Source of the DNA: Candidatus Omnitrophota bacterium | Lineage (GTDB): Bacteria > Omnitrophota > Gorgyraeia > Gygaellales > Profunditerraquicolaceae | Direction: 5' to 3' | Length of the DNA stretch: 61,186 nt | Assembly: GCA_028712175.1 (NCBI GenBank) | Contig: JAQTQQ010000005.1 | Coordinates: forward strand, 54,906 to 116,091 | Shown: piece by piece, positions 60,097 through 61,186 of the stretch | How the letters are laid out: each line of letters starts with the position of its first letter | Position numbering within the stretch: position 1 is the stretch's first letter | Notes under the pieces: generated by a model | Database searches by the model: none | The model's input: the letters and a program-made list of their open reading frames with translations, nothing else | What the model was told of the DNA's origin: nothing | Program-made: the position numbers and the translations under genes

Positions 60097-61186
60097 TTTT
60101 ACAACTGCCTCTTAATTTATTGGAGATACCCCTCTGTAAATCAAGAACCTTCTTGTGCCGTCTTTCTTTTTCGCCCCTTGCTACATCATCAGCAATTTTT
60201 GCAGCTTCAGTATACGGACGCAAAGAATATTTAAAAATATAAGCCGCGTTAAATTCTATTTTTTTCATTAAACTATAGGTCTCCTTAAACTCTTTATCCG
60301 TCTCTGTCGGAAACCCCACAATAATATCCGTGGTCAACCAGCCGCCTTTTACAATTTTACGGTAACTATCGATTAGGCTTAAGTAATCTTTTCCGGTATA
60401 CCCCCTGTTCATCAGCTTGAGGACCCTATCCGAACCGGATTGCAAAGGTAGATGCAATGCCTTGGCCAGTTTATCCAGATCACGGATAGCCTTAAAGTGA
60501 TTTATATTAGCATCCTTAGGGTGGGAAGTAAAGAAATCAAACTTTTTCAGGCCTTTAAGCTCATTAACTTGCTCAAGTAGCTTGGTAAAATCAATATTTC
60601 TATCGGAGTACGCATTAACATTCTGCCCTAAAAGAGTGACTTCCGTTACGCCCTGGGCAATGGCATCCTTGATCTCGATTAAAATCTTTTCATTTTTACG
60701 GTGCCGTAAAGGACCACGCACATACGGAACTATGCAATAGCTGCAATAATTAGAACATCCTTCGGAGATAACCACATAAGCATGGTGCTTATTTTGATAA
60801 AATCCGGAATGATAAATATCTTCCGGACGAAGCTTATTATCAACCTCCAAAATTCTGCGCTCGAACAGGCTATTACCGGGAAATTTTTCCAAAATTTCCG
60901 GAAGTTTATGAATATCCTGGGGACCAACCACAAAACTAATATTTTCATCACGCTCGAAAGCTTTATCCCTATAGCTTTGAGCCATACATCCAACCAAACC
61001 GATAATTTTAGAACCCTTGTAGCTTCCAATAAGGCTCCAGACCCTGTCTTCAGCGTGTTTACGAACCGAGCAGGTATTAAAAATGATGATTTCCGCGTCT
61101 TTGTCGTCCGCGCTGATTTTATAACCAGCTTTCTTGAGCAGCCCGCCGATTATTTCTGAATCACGCACATTCATCTGGCAACCGAA
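60083..61186 (-). CDS. miaB: tRNA-i6A37 methylthiotransferase MiaB, 5'-truncated by the window edge
   Basis: The ORF runs off the window: the last bases encode FGCQMNVRDSE, part of the UPF0004 N-domain. It has the radical-SAM motif CSNYCSYC and a TRAM-like C-terminus. Confidence 0.93.
   Translation of the reverse strand, partial: FGCQMNVRDSEIIGGLLKKAGYKISADDKDAEIIIFNTCSVRKHAEDRVWSLIGSYKGSKIIGLVGCMAQSYRDKAFERDENISFVVGPQDIHKLPEILEKFPGNSLFERRILEVDNKLRPEDIYHSGFYQNKHHAYVVISEGCSNYCSYCIVPYVRGPLRHRKNEKILIEIKDAIAQGVTEVTLLGQNVNAYSDRNIDFTKLLEQVNELKGLKKFDFFTSHPKDANINHFKAIRDLDKLAKALHLPLQSGSDRVLKLMNRGYTGKDYLSLIDSYRKIVKGGWLTTDIIVGFPTETDKEFKETYSLMKKIEFNAAYIFKYSLRPYTEAAKIADDVARGEKERRHKKVLDLQRGISNKLRGSCKNAKN

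Overview
This is a gene-dense, AT-rich bacterial chromosomal segment with about 58 credible CDS, 3 tRNAs, one tRNA-like element and an RNase P RNA. 57 of the 58 CDS and all RNA genes lie on the minus strand, mostly in tightly packed or overlapping operon-like runs. The content is overwhelmingly housekeeping. From low to high coordinates it holds: a tRNA-Met; a corrinoid Fe-S protein / methyltransferase module of the Wood-Ljungdahl pathway (acsC, RACo, cooC, acsD, acsE) preceded by larB; two HTH proteins, one fused to bactofilin; mgtC; tsaD; a yibQ-like gene and ctp; gatCAB; one lone plus-strand 1066-aa gene; plsY-pgsA; lepA-lepB; cmk; an aromatic amino acid cluster (pheA, hisC, DAHP synthase, tyrA); scpB, ruvA, ruvC, yebC; rnhA overlapping rnpB; a tRNA cluster; a PAS-GGDEF-HD-GYP protein; rpoD-dnaG-NIF3-cvpA; UDP-sugar genes; lptD; tal; a ROK kinase; two GGDEF proteins; an orphan ABC ATPase; accD; DUF1015; a zinc-ribbon gene and hrcA-grpE-dnaK-dnaJ with a CIRCE operator and an HspR-like MerR gene; then hflX, miaA, a SPOR protein and miaB (truncated by the window edge). 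LptD implies a diderm, and the acs genes suggest an anaerobe; I cannot assign taxonomy from sequence alone. I saw no transposases, integrases, CRISPR arrays, cas genes or recognisable defence or toxin systems, and I did not find a convincing novel multi-gene system. The observations most worth a second look are small-scale: (1) a 137-nt tRNA-derived element carrying two GC-rich hairpins inside the tRNA cluster, (2) a bactofilin-HTH fusion next to a membrane-anchored HTH paralog, (3) the lone plus-strand 1066-aa protein with weak glycoside-phosphorylase-like motifs, (4) five tandem heptads in the divergent gatC control region, and (5) the CFeSP module with larB but without CODH/ACS. All functional calls rest on motif recognition from the supplied translations; no database search was run.
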